Assembly: GCA_035559535.1 (NCBI GenBank)
Contig: DATMBG010000012.1
Coordinates: 186,001 to 250,000, forward strand
Length of the DNA stretch: 64,000 nucleotides
Direction of reading: 5' to 3'
From: Candidatus Limnocylindrales bacterium
Lineage (GTDB): Bacteria > Moduliflexota > Moduliflexia > Moduliflexales > JAUQPW01
The position numbers were made by a program, and so were the translations under genes. The notes beneath the pieces are model-generated. The model searched no databases. It was not told where the DNA came from and was given only the letters and a program-made list of their open reading frames with translations. How positions within the stretch are numbered: the stretch's first letter is position 1; every line of letters starts with the position of its first letter. This document shows, piece by piece, positions 8,328 to 18,932 of this stretch.

Positions 8328-10346
8328 ATGGCAATTTTTAATTATGCGAACAGGGAAATAACCGCCAAAATCGTTTATTATGGACCTGCGGTATGTGGGA
8401 AGACCACTTCCCTTCAGGTTATTCATCAAAAGATAGCTCCAAACCAACGAGGAAAGCTCCTGTCTTTGGCAACTGAAACCGATCGAACCATTTTTTTTGA
8501 TCTCCTTCCTCTTAAGTTGGGAGAAATAAAGGGATTCAAGCTTAAATTTCAATTATATACGGTTCCTGGACAAGTTAAATATAATAATACGAGGAAGTTA
8601 GTCCTCCAAGGGGCCGATGCCATTGTTTTTGTTGCAGATTCTCAAAGAGCCCGTCGTCAAGCTAATATAGAAAGTTTTAAAAATCTTCAGGAGAACCTTT
8701 TAGAGCAGGGACAACGTTTAGAAGATTTACCTTTAGTGTATGAATATAATAAACGGGACGTAGAATCTCCTTTGTCTGTTGAAGAATTAAATCGAGATCT
8801 AAATTCAAGGGGTCTTCCTTATTTTGAGACGGTGGCCAGTCAAGGACGTGGGGTCATGGAAGCCCTGGAGGCTATCTCCAAAATGACCCTGGAATATTTG
8901 GAGAAGCGTCTCCTGGGAGATCAGAAACCTAAAGTCGCAGAGATACCTAAACCTCAGATGGAGAAGAAAATCGAAGAGCCGGAGGAAACTGTTCCTGTTG
9001 CCTCCCAGGATATTATGGATCTTACCCTGGAGGAGCCTGCGTTAACTTTTTCTGAAGAAGAATTGACCGGACTCGAGCTGGAGTCGGATCTATTGCCTCC
9101 CATGGATCAACCTCAACCTTCCCCATCTTCCTCCTTTGAGGATCTTCTGGCTTCTTCAAAGCCCATTGGATATGGAGATAATGTACAGATCGAGGAAGCA
9201 GAGCTTACCACCCTCCCCCTTGTCAGCGATGAACCTCTGCAATCCCAATTTTTTGATCTGAAGGAAGTTGAAGCGCAGGCATTTCGAGATTTGGAAAACT
9301 TTTTAGGCCCTTTAAAGGATTCTCAAGAGGACGAAACTACCTTTAACCCTCCCCAAACTTCTGAAGCGTCCACAGATTCTTTACCCTTAGAGGATAGCTC
9401 GTTGGATTTTAAGTTAGAGCCGGAGTATGAAGAGTCTGGAGAAAAACTTCAAGAATCCTCCTTTTTTGGAGAAAATGAAGATCTGCTAGATTTTGGGATT
9501 GAAGAAAAAATGGAAGATGAAGATTTACCGGGAGTTGGTCCTGGATCAGAAGAGAAAGCGGGGGCCAAGGATTTGTTAGAATTTGTCCGGGAACAAGAAG
9601 AAAAATCCGAAATGGAGGATTTATTGGGGTTTGCCCTTGAAGATAAGGAAGAAATGCCGACCCCTCTTTCCTCTGAGGAAGATTTTTTTGCGACCCAGGC
9701 TACTTCCCAGGAAGGGCGTTCGACCCGTCTTGAAGAGTTGATCCCTGAGCAAGAAAAACCTCAAGATAAGGGTCTTACTTCTTCTATGCAACAGACTCTG
9801 GAATCTTCTAGACAAGGATTAACAGAAGACTCTTCTATATCCAGGATTCCAAATCTTGCGGAGTCTCCCCGGGTGTTAGAAGAAATTATACCGGCTTCTT
9901 TTTCAGAGACCCCTCCCATAGAAGAGAATCCTTATATCAACCTGCTGAAATTTTCCAAATCTCTCTATCAAAAGGGACAAGAATATCTTTCCCGAGAAAC
10001 CGATTTAAATCTCAGCTTGGCTTTGTTTTCTTACTATCTTGCTGTAGAAACTGCTTTGAAGGCCGTTGCACTCAAATTTGAAACTTGCAATCCCGAAATT
10101 GCCTCCATGCCGCTTCTTTTAGATAGCATCGAGGAAGAAACCGGTAAATCCCTGATGGGTCGTAAATTTATCGAGGAAAGGGTCATTAAAGCAAAAAATG
10201 ATTTGCAACTCAAGTTGCTTTTTCCCGATTTAGAGACCTGCCAACTTATTGCTCAAACCGCCGGGCGATTTTTGGAAGCCCTGGCCAGGGACTTTCTGGA
10301 CACCGACTTCTCTCAGCTTCCCCCGATATCCTATAAGCCCTCATAA
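8328..10346 (+). CDS. MglA-family small GTPase fused to an acidic linker and a C-terminal HEPN-like helical domain
   Basis: KIVYYGPAVCGKTT, TETDRTIFFD, LYTVPGQ, NKRD; ~330-aa acidic linker; C-terminal ALFSYYLAVETALKA..KNDLQ..AGRFL. Confidence 0.85.
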   Translation: MAIFNYANREITAKIVYYGPAVCGKTTSLQVIHQKIAPNQRGKLLSLATETDRTIFFDLLPLKLGEIKGFKLKFQLYTVPGQVKYNNTRKLVLQGADAIVFVADSQRARRQANIESFKNLQENLLEQGQRLEDLPLVYEYNKRDVESPLSVEELNRDLNSRGLPYFETVASQGRGVMEALEAISKMTLEYLEKRLLGDQKPKVAEIPKPQMEKKIEEPEETVPVASQDIMDLTLEEPALTFSEEELTGLELESDLLPPMDQPQPSPSSSFEDLLASSKPIGYGDNVQIEEAELTTLPLVSDEPLQSQFFDLKEVEAQAFRDLENFLGPLKDSQEDETTFNPPQTSEASTDSLPLEDSSLDFKLEPEYEESGEKLQESSFFGENEDLLDFGIEEKMEDEDLPGVGPGSEEKAGAKDLLEFVREQEEKSEMEDLLGFALEDKEEMPTPLSSEEDFFATQATSQEGRSTRLEELIPEQEKPQDKGLTSSMQQTLESSRQGLTEDSSISRIPNLAESPRVLEEIIPASFSETPPIEENPYINLLKFSKSLYQKGQEYLSRETDLNLSLALFSYYLAVETALKAVALKFETCNPEIASMPLLLDSIEEETGKSLMGRKFIEERVIKAKNDLQLKLLFPDLETCQLIAQTAGRFLEALARDFLDTDFSQLPPISYKPS

Positions 10347-10385
10347 AGAGAGTGTATAAGATCTAATATTTCTGATTGTAAGTAA

Positions 10386-10416
10386 CTTGACAAGAATAGA
10401 CTCAAGGTGGTATGTT
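10386..10416 (+). promoter_or_regulatory. HAIR (HspR operator) overlapping the sigma70 promoter of dnaJ
   Basis: CTTGACA-N7-ACTCAAG at 10386-10406 (HAIR consensus CTTGAGT-N7-ACTCAAG); contains -35 TTGACA; extended -10 TGgTATGTT at 10408-10416; hspR lies downstream. Confidence 0.8.
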
Positions 10417-10532
10417 GATAACGGGGAGGTAGGTTTAAACCTATCGCCTCGGCTTACTGGTATTACCCTATCCGGGAAGGGGAGATACGAAAAGGTTGAA
10501 GGATCTCAGAGGATAAAAAAATGGGATAGGTT

Positions 10533-11675
10533 ATGAAGAAGCGGGATTATTATGAAGTATTAAACGTTTCCAAGAAGGCTTCGGAAAAAGAAATTAAAGC
10601 AGCCTATCGGAAGTTGGCCCGAAAATATCACCCAGATGTGAATCCTAATGATAAAAGTGCCGAAGCTAAGTTTAAGGAGATCAGTGAAGCGTATCAGGTT
10701 CTAAGTGATCCGGAGAAACGGGCCATGTACGATAAATTCGGGCACCAGTTGGATCGGAATGGAGCGGATAAGCCGGAGAGTTCTCGATGGTCCGACTTTA
10801 GTCAATTTGATTTTTCTAACTTTGATTTTAAAAAATCAGGTTTTAAGGTGGGAGATCTGGGGGATATTTTGGGAAACATGTTTGGCGGGAAGCGAGAAGA
10901 GAGTCCTGCATCGGAACCTGTTAAGGGGAGTGATATTCAGTACACCATGGATCTGAGTTTTGAGGATGCGGTTCAGGGATTAAACACAAGGATCCGGTTA
11001 CAACGGGAGGTTTCCTGTCCATCCTGTCATGGAATGGGCACTGAGCGGGGATTTTACTTGGAGACCTGCTCAGTGTGTAAGGGGACTGGGCAGGTTCGTA
11101 CCTCCACGGGATTCTTAAATACTTTTCAGACCTGTTCCCTTTGTAAAGGAAGTGGAAAAATCAATAAAAATCCATGTCGAACCTGTCAGGGAAGCGGTGT
11201 GATCCTTCAATCAGAAAAGATCTCGGTGAAGATTCCGGCGGGAGTTGATAATGGGTCCAAAATTCGAGTTCCGAATAAAGGGAATGTCGGAAAAAGAGGG
11301 GGCTCCCCGGGAGATTTATATATCACTACTCGTGTTCGACCTCATCCCTTCTTTGAACGAAAAGGAGATAATCTCTACTGTGAAGTTCCTATTACCTTTA
11401 TTGAGGCGACTTTAGGTGCTAAAATTAAGGTTCCAACGGTTGATGGCGAAGCTACGATGACGATTCCCATGGGAACCGAAAGTGGGCAGATATTTCGATT
11501 GCGAGGAAAAGGAATGCCTCATCTCAAAGGTACCGGCCGTGGAGATCAATTTGTTACGGTTAAAGTCGTTACACCGAAAAATGTGGACCCCCGCATGGAA
11601 CAACTTTTAAGGGAACTTGAACGCCTGCATCCTCAGAATCCAAGATCTCATTTACAATCTTACGTCCCCCATTGA
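10533..11675 (+). CDS. dnaJ: molecular chaperone DnaJ
   Basis: J domain with HPD, four CxxCxGxG repeats, C-terminal substrate-binding domain. Confidence 0.95.
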   Translation: MKKRDYYEVLNVSKKASEKEIKAAYRKLARKYHPDVNPNDKSAEAKFKEISEAYQVLSDPEKRAMYDKFGHQLDRNGADKPESSRWSDFSQFDFSNFDFKKSGFKVGDLGDILGNMFGGKREESPASEPVKGSDIQYTMDLSFEDAVQGLNTRIRLQREVSCPSCHGMGTERGFYLETCSVCKGTGQVRTSTGFLNTFQTCSLCKGSGKINKNPCRTCQGSGVILQSEKISVKIPAGVDNGSKIRVPNKGNVGKRGGSPGDLYITTRVRPHPFFERKGDNLYCEVPITFIEATLGAKIKVPTVDGEATMTIPMGTESGQIFRLRGKGMPHLKGTGRGDQFVTVKVVTPKNVDPRMEQLLRELERLHPQNPRSHLQSYVPH

Positions 11676-11824
11676 GAGGAAAAGTAGGAAACGGGATGGG
11701 GCTTTGCTTGGTGGGGAAAAAATGGAGTCTCCCTTCCCTGGGTTTTAAATCTTGAAAAGGTTACCGAATGCAGGGATTAATAAAGTGATCAACCCGAATA
11801 GGCTGCAGGTTCGGAGTGAGGGCT

Positions 11825-12208
11825 ATGGCAAATAAAGGTAAACCTTTATTCATGATCAGTGTAGTTTCTGAAATGCTTGGTATTCATCCTCAGACCCTCC
11901 GACTTTACGAACGCGAGGGGTTAATTGTTCCTTCTCGAACCGAAGGGAATACCCGGCTCTACTCAGAAGAGGACATCGAGAGGCTTCGAACTATCCTTAG
12001 TTTAACGCGGGATCTGGGTGTAAATTTGGCAGGAGTGGAAGTTATTCTGAGTATGCGGGAGAAAATGGAGAAGATGCAACAGGTCATGATCGAGATGATG
12101 AACTACATTCAGTATCATCTGGCTAAGGAAGCGGAAGAGGCGAAAAAAAATTCCAGTAGTTTCCTGGTTAAGGCCTCAAAGGGGGGTATTGTAAAAGCAG
12201 AAGATTAA
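11825..12208 (+). CDS. hspR: MerR-family heat-shock repressor HspR
   Basis: ISVVSEMLGIHPQTLRLYEREGLI.PSRTEGNTRLYS..LGVNLAGV; directly after dnaJ; HAIR upstream. Confidence 0.88.
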   Translation: MANKGKPLFMISVVSEMLGIHPQTLRLYEREGLIVPSRTEGNTRLYSEEDIERLRTILSLTRDLGVNLAGVEVILSMREKMEKMQQVMIEMMNYIQYHLAKEAEEAKKNSSSFLVKASKGGIVKAED

Positions 12209-12289
12209 AGAGGGGACAAAATCCTTTGGGTGAACGGGAAACCTGCCTTAAGCTTAAAGGGCTTACCCCTACCCAAGTAAATCTTCTAG

Positions 12290-13174
12290 ATGGTAAAGAA
12301 AGTAAGGGTGATTATGGATTTCGAGGGTTCTCATAAATATGTCTCTCATGATACCTTGAGTACCTATCTGAGGGAAATCAGTAAGTTTTCCATTACCACA
12401 CGAGAGGAAGAAGAACAATTAGCCATGCGGATTCAACAAGGAGATCAGGAAGCGCTCAAGCGGTTAGTGGAGGGAAACTTAAAGTTTGTCGTTAAAGTTG
12501 CCCAGGGATATCAGGGGTGTGGTTTATCTTTACCCGATCTCATCAATGAAGGAAATATCGGCCTGATTGAAGCTGCCAAAAGATTCGATCCTTCCAAAGG
12601 AGTTAAATTCATTTCCTACGCTGTTTGGTGGATTCGTCAAGCGATTATGCAAGCTTTAGCCGAACAGTCGGGTGCTGTGAGGCTACCCCTTAAGCAGGCG
12701 GGCCTTTTATACAAGATCAGTCAGCTCTATAACGAAATGATTCAAGAAAATAACGGTCGAGAACCTACGCCGGAGGAGCTTTCTGAAAAGTTAGATGTAC
12801 CGGTTAAGGATGTAGAGAATATTATGAGAATTTCCAGAAATTATCTATCTCTGGATGCACCCCTCTCCGATGGAGAGGACAGTACCACCTTCATCGATTT
12901 TATGGAAGCCAAACAGTATCCGGCAGCCGATGAAATTTTGTTAAATCAATCTTTCCAGGACCAATTTGAAGAACTTCTGAAGGGTCTGGATCCCCGGGAA
13001 GAGAAGATTTTGCGCCTGCGTTATGGGTTAGATGGTCAAAAACCAATGACCTTAGAGGAAGTTGGAAAGTTGATGAATTTAAGTCGGGAGAGGGTCCGGC
13101 AAATTGAAAGCCGCACGAAACATCGCCTCAGACATAGAGCTCTGGCCAAACGCCTTCGGGACTACCTGAATTAG
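12290..13174 (+). CDS. RNA polymerase sigma70 factor paralog 2, lacking region 1.1
   Basis: YLREIS, NLKFVVKVA, DLINEGNIGLIEAAKRFD, WWIRQAI, LSRERVRQIE; start may be ATG 12314. Confidence 0.93.
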   Translation: MVKKVRVIMDFEGSHKYVSHDTLSTYLREISKFSITTREEEEQLAMRIQQGDQEALKRLVEGNLKFVVKVAQGYQGCGLSLPDLINEGNIGLIEAAKRFDPSKGVKFISYAVWWIRQAIMQALAEQSGAVRLPLKQAGLLYKISQLYNEMIQENNGREPTPEELSEKLDVPVKDVENIMRISRNYLSLDAPLSDGEDSTTFIDFMEAKQYPAADEILLNQSFQDQFEELLKGLDPREEKILRLRYGLDGQKPMTLEEVGKLMNLSRERVRQIESRTKHRLRHRALAKRLRDYLN

Positions 13175-13187
13175 CTTGGGTTCCAAA

Positions 13188-14441
13188 TCATAACTTTTCA
13201 AATTCCCAATGATGGGGGGGACGATAAATTCCCACGTCCCGAATAGAACTCTGAACCTCAAAGGAGTACATTTGACTTTGATAATCATAAGGAGTTCCAT
13301 CCTTGGCGTGTACGGCCACATCCAATAAATAAATTCCTCCGGTTAAATCAAGCCGATCAAAGTAAATCTTGACTTTGCCTTTACCGGTTGAAGTATCCAC
13401 ATCAAGATCCTCAATATAAGTGTTAGTCCCGTAGCAATAAGCCCCATCATTGCGGAAGATTCCTATTCCAAATACAGGATCTTGAATCGTTCGATGGGCC
13501 ATGTAGGTAATTTCAATCTTCATCTTATCCCCTGTCCTGTAAAGAGAACAGGGTTCTCCATTTCCATTGAATAACTCTACACTGGTTATTTCAACCTCCC
13601 GCGAACCCCATCGTCGTAAATTTTCTCTGCCAGGTATGGATTCATAACCATTCCTCCCGGATTCTTGGGAGTTTATACTTTCCTGTCGTTCCTTTTGGGC
13701 TATATCTTCCAGATAAGCATTAACGATTTCCCTTGCTTTTCCCTTACCACGAAGGATGCCTTTATCCAGCCAGATGACCTCGTCGCAGTATTTCTCGATA
13801 GCACTCAGGTCATGGGTGATCAAAACAATGGTCTTCCCTTCACTTCGGAATCGATTAATTTTAGCATTACACTTGTGTTGAAACGCGGCATCCCCCACTG
13901 CAAAGAGCTCATCGATGAGAAAGATATCTGGCTCTACTGCAATGGCAATAGAAAACGCCAATCGCATATACATTCCTGAGGAATACGTTTTCACCGGATT
14001 ATCTATAAACTCCTCGAGCTCTGCAAATCGGACAATCTCATCAAATTTTTTGTAAATCTCCTTCCGACTTAAACCCAATATGATCCCATTAATAAAAATG
14101 TTTTCCCGTCCTGTAAATTCAGGATGGAAACCTGCACCCAACTCAATGAGGGCCGATAATCGACCGTTTACTTTGACCTTACCCTGAGAAGGCCGCTGAA
14201 GCCCGGCAATAATTTTCAACAATGTGCTCTTACCCGAACCATTATTTCCTATAATACCTACAGTTTTTCCTTTTGGAACCTCGAAGGAAATATTCTGCAA
14301 AGCCCAAAAAGTCTCAGCAGGTTGGAGAATCCGCTGACCTTTCATGAGGTTAATAATCCAGGATTTAAAGGTGGGGGCTTGGCGATATCGCTTTCTCAAT
14401 TTAAATGACTTAGAAACCCGATCGACTTTGATAGCGTACAA
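13188..14441 (-). CDS. wzt: Wzt/RfbB-type polysaccharide ABC transporter ATP-binding protein with Wzt_C domain
   Basis: GNNGSGKST, LGAGFHPEFTGREN, YSSGMYMRLAF, C-terminal carbohydrate-binding extension; AGGAGG SD before TTG. Confidence 0.88.
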   Translation of the reverse strand: MYAIKVDRVSKSFKLRKRYRQAPTFKSWIINLMKGQRILQPAETFWALQNISFEVPKGKTVGIIGNNGSGKSTLLKIIAGLQRPSQGKVKVNGRLSALIELGAGFHPEFTGRENIFINGIILGLSRKEIYKKFDEIVRFAELEEFIDNPVKTYSSGMYMRLAFSIAIAVEPDIFLIDELFAVGDAAFQHKCNAKINRFRSEGKTIVLITHDLSAIEKYCDEVIWLDKGILRGKGKAREIVNAYLEDIAQKERQESINSQESGRNGYESIPGRENLRRWGSREVEITSVELFNGNGEPCSLYRTGDKMKIEITYMAHRTIQDPVFGIGIFRNDGAYCYGTNTYIEDLDVDTSTGKGKVKIYFDRLDLTGGIYLLDVAVHAKDGTPYDYQSQMYSFEVQSSIRDVGIYRPPHHWEFEKL

Positions 14442-14692
14442 ATTAATCCTCCTGTATACCTGACCTTTACTCTCTTAACCACAAGATTTTGAATAAGATA
14501 GTTGAATTGAAAAGGCTCTTCAAGTTGAAATTATGTCTCAAACAGAGAAAGTTATGTTAAGGGATTATCCTTGTCAAGGAATTTCTTTTTTTATTTTTAT
14601 CGGAAATTGGGATAAACCCATGAGATGAATCATCTGTCCTCTTTGACCTTTTTACGAAGTCAAATCTTTATGAAAAGGATGAAAGGCTCTGA

Positions 14693-14721
14693 GTACGGGC
14701 GGATCCTAGATCCGCCCCTAC
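14693..14721 (-). repeat. GTAG-family REP-like palindrome
   Basis: reverse complement reads GTAGGGGCGGATCTAGGATCCGCCCGTAC. Confidence 0.7.
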
Positions 14722-14764
14722 CCCAGCCAGGTTGTTGGTAAAAAAGCGGATAAAAGGAAACCCA

Positions 14765-15265
14765 TTATTTTTGTGGGGATCCAAAGGTTGCTTCTACAAG
14801 TTTAAAAGGGACGATAACAAAAGGGCACAGCACAGAGTTGTAGATGGCTTCTGAGGGAGCTATACGAATCCACTGATTTAGAATATCCTGGGTTGAATAA
14901 GACTTTAGCATCAGAGCCAAACCGGCCAGGAGCATTTCGTCTACGAAAGTCAGAATAAAGACAAAAAATATCTGTAACAGCAGACTGTTCACATAAAGCC
15001 TTTTGCCGATACTTCCTAATACAAATCCCAAGATAGTTTTAGCCAGGGCATTTGAACCCAAGAACACACCAGAGAGGATATCTTGCAGTAATCCCAACAA
15101 GAATCCTAAGACAGAGCCGGTTTCTGCGCCTTTTGCCAAACTCAAATAACTCACAATGATAAGAATCAGATCCGGTTTGGCTCCATGTAGGGGGATTTTA
15201 CTAAATAAAGTTGTCTGGAGAACAAGTGCAAGCAGTGAAAATCCGATAATACAGGCAAAATACAT
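14765..15265 (-). CDS. mreD: rod shape-determining protein MreD
   Basis: hydrophobic; KPDLILI, GLLQDILSG; follows mreC. Confidence 0.88.
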   Translation of the reverse strand: MYFACIIGFSLLALVLQTTLFSKIPLHGAKPDLILIIVSYLSLAKGAETGSVLGFLLGLLQDILSGVFLGSNALAKTILGFVLGSIGKRLYVNSLLLQIFFVFILTFVDEMLLAGLALMLKSYSTQDILNQWIRIAPSEAIYNSVLCPFVIVPFKLVEATFGSPQK

Positions 15266-16081
15266 CTACTTGTTTTTAACCACAAACACTTCTTCTAATT
15301 TTGAGAAATTAACACTTGGTTCTATATCGACATCCAAAAAAAGGCCATCACTTTTCTTATTGATTCTTGCGATTTTTCCAATTACAAGTCCTTTAGGGAA
15401 AACTCCTCCTAATCCGGAGGAAATAACCATATCCCCTTCGATTACATCGGCTCCTTGAACCAAGTACTTCATTTTGTAGTAATTGGTGAGCTGACCTTGA
15501 ACAACCCCTTGATCTCGTGTTCTCTGGATGATGGCGGCGATACTGCAATTGGGATCTGTGGCGAGGAGAACTTTAGAAGCTCGAGGGGATACACTCAGGG
15601 TATATCCCACAATTCCTTCATGGGTGATCACAGCAAGATTAGGTTCTATGTTATGATTCGACCCTTTGTCTATTAAAATACTACTGGCCCAATTGGTGGA
15701 GTCTCGTCCGATCACTCTGGCCAGTATGGTACTCAAACTTGTTACATCGACCCAGTTCAGGGTGTTCTTTAATCTTTCGTAAGCTAAGGCATTCTCCACG
15801 TATTCATTTTTTTCCATTTGAAGAATTCGAACCTGTTCTCGTAACCGGGCATTTTCCTCTTCCAGGTTTACAAGGTAAATATATTTTTTCCAGACAAGGT
15901 GGATCTTATCCATGGCCTGGGAGACTGCCAGTTGCAGAGGATAGATACCTACCAGAGCATACTTCTCCAGAAAAGCTGTAGGATTAGGGGCTTTGGTTTG
16001 TACTGAAAGGAGTATGAAGGAGGCGACCAGTAAGCCGAATAGAGTAGAAATAGGTTTATATCTAACCAGGAGCTTTACCAT
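15266..16081 (-). CDS. mreC: rod shape-determining protein MreC
   Basis: EENARLR coiled coil, ARVIGRD, IDKGS, SSGLGGVFPKGLVIG. Confidence 0.93.
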   Translation of the reverse strand: MVKLLVRYKPISTLFGLLVASFILLSVQTKAPNPTAFLEKYALVGIYPLQLAVSQAMDKIHLVWKKYIYLVNLEEENARLREQVRILQMEKNEYVENALAYERLKNTLNWVDVTSLSTILARVIGRDSTNWASSILIDKGSNHNIEPNLAVITHEGIVGYTLSVSPRASKVLLATDPNCSIAAIIQRTRDQGVVQGQLTNYYKMKYLVQGADVIEGDMVISSGLGGVFPKGLVIGKIARINKKSDGLFLDVDIEPSVNFSKLEEVFVVKNK

Positions 16082-16087
16082 CTATAA

Positions 16088-16186
16088 GAGTATGGGAGTA
16101 TGGGGGTATGGGAGTAGGGAGGTATGGGAGTATAGGATTTATTCTTCTATTTTATACTCCCATACCCCCATACTCCCATACTTCCC
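16088..16186. repeat. palindrome made of tandem octamers (ATGGGAGT)n ... (ACTCCCAT)n
   Basis: visible tandem GGGAGTAT/GGGGGTAT units mirrored by ATACTCCC/ATACCCCC units between mreB and mreC. Confidence 0.85.
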
Positions 16187-16205
16187 TATTATTTTCCCTC
16201 TTGGA

Positions 16206-17270
<1,065 letters not shown>

Positions 17271-17834
17271 CTATATCTTTTCTAAAAAATTATTAGTTAC
17301 TTTATAATATATCATTCGTTTTCCTTCAAGGAAATAATTGTCCTTACCCTACCCCGAGGTATAAAACTTCTTCTATGGGGCTTACCCATTTCACAGAGGA
17401 GAGTAAATAATTAGCTATGGAATATAATACTTACTTAGATTTGTCAAGCTTAAAAAGTAATGAATACTGCATTTCCAAATGAAAATACTGTACAAGGAAA
17501 AATGCTTTGACACGCCGGAGAGTCTGAAGTAAAGTCAGGATTTGTTTGAAGGTTTGATAGATAACCTGCTTTTTCTTATTCACTATCAATCCAAAATGGA
17601 AGCCGTGACGGTGTCAGGTCAGGGTCGATAAATCCGGGTTATTTCTTTATGAAGTTTAAAGAACCTTACGCGGGATGAAGTTGGAACGAGGTAGGAAAAT
17701 TTAAAGCTGCTATTTCCTATTCATCTTTCTGAATTCGTGATTAGATTATATCTTATAAAGATTTTCATAGCTGATTACTTATCTGATCGAGTAGTTATAA
17801 TAACTAACATCTTCCCCTCTGGAGATAGGGTCTT

Positions 17835-18758
17835 ATGAGGATGAAAGAGAAGAAAATTATTATAAAAGTACCTGCTTCTACAAGTAATCTGGGTCCGGGA
17901 ATGGATACCTTAGGACTTGCTTTAACCCTTTATAATATTTATGAAATCACCTTAACCGAAGGAGAACCCCAGGTGCAGATAATAGGGAAGGGAAAAGGTG
18001 TATATCCTGAGAATGAGGAGAATCTGGTCTATCAATCTGCTCAATTACTGGTAAATAGAGTAGGGGGGGCCGATTACAGGTTTAAAATTCTCATCCGAAG
18101 TTCTATTCCCACTTCAGGGGGGCTCGGAGGAAGCGCAACCGCCCGGTTAGCCGGACTGGTAGGGGCCAATTTCTTACTTGGAAATCCTTTAACAGAGGAG
18201 GATATTGTCGATTTCGCCATTAAATTAGAAGGGCACCCGGATAATGTAATCCCGGCCTTCTATGGCGGATTTACTGTGTCTTGTTTGACCGAAACAGGAG
18301 TTAAGTTTATAAGGTGTGATTTCCCGGCCCGTCTTCGGGTAGTTCTGGCCATACCGGATTTTTATATTTCTACCGAAGAAGCTCGAAAATGCCTTCCGGA
18401 TAAAATACCCTTTCAGGATGTTCTTTTTAATACAAGCCGAACAGCCATATTGGTGGCGGCTCTTCTCACGGGTCATATTGATTTTTTGAGCTTTGCTATG
18501 GAGGACCGAGTCCATCAGATTTATCGAAAAAACCTCATTAAACCTTTACCGGAAGTTCTTGAAGCCGCCTTGAAAGCAGGAGCTAAAGGATGTGCTTTGA
18601 GTGGAGCAGGTTCGGCCATTTTAGCCCTGGCCACAGATAAAGAAGCCCAGATTGGGGAAGTTATGAAAGCCGTATTTCAATCCTATGGAATTGAATGCGA
18701 TGTTCTGGTTTTAGAGGTAGACAAGGAAGGTTTGCAGGTTCAGGTGGTAGAGAATTGA
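17835..18758 (+). CDS. thrB: homoserine kinase
   Basis: VPASTSNLGPGMD, IPTSGGLGGSA, EGHPDNV, DRVHQ.YR, LSGAGS. Confidence 0.92.
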   Translation: MRMKEKKIIIKVPASTSNLGPGMDTLGLALTLYNIYEITLTEGEPQVQIIGKGKGVYPENEENLVYQSAQLLVNRVGGADYRFKILIRSSIPTSGGLGGSATARLAGLVGANFLLGNPLTEEDIVDFAIKLEGHPDNVIPAFYGGFTVSCLTETGVKFIRCDFPARLRVVLAIPDFYISTEEARKCLPDKIPFQDVLFNTSRTAILVAALLTGHIDFLSFAMEDRVHQIYRKNLIKPLPEVLEAALKAGAKGCALSGAGSAILALATDKEAQIGEVMKAVFQSYGIECDVLVLEVDKEGLQVQVVEN

Positions 18759-18858
18759 AAATACAGGGAGGAAAAATGGAAAAAGAGGGCTTTTCGGGGT
18801 ATCCTCTCAGGAAGTCTGGCAAATAGGCCCCTGTCGTCGGTCCTTCTAAAGGTAAATT

Positions 18859-18910
18859 GAGAGAAAGGGAGTAGGGGCGTAAGGCCTTACGCCCCTACTC
18901 CCTTTCTCTC
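18859..18910. repeat. perfect 52-bp palindrome containing a GTAG REP core; likely bidirectional terminator/stabiliser between convergent thrB and lpxA
   Basis: GAGAGAAAGGGAGTAGGGGCGTAAGG|CCTTACGCCCCTACTCCCTTTCTCTC with no mismatch. Confidence 0.85.
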
Positions 18911-18932
18911 CTGGATACCTTTCTACTTTCCC

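Noticed and set aside
9930-10346. HEPN-MNT toxin-antitoxin or defence RNase
   Set aside because: no R-x4-H motif and no adjacent nucleotidyltransferase
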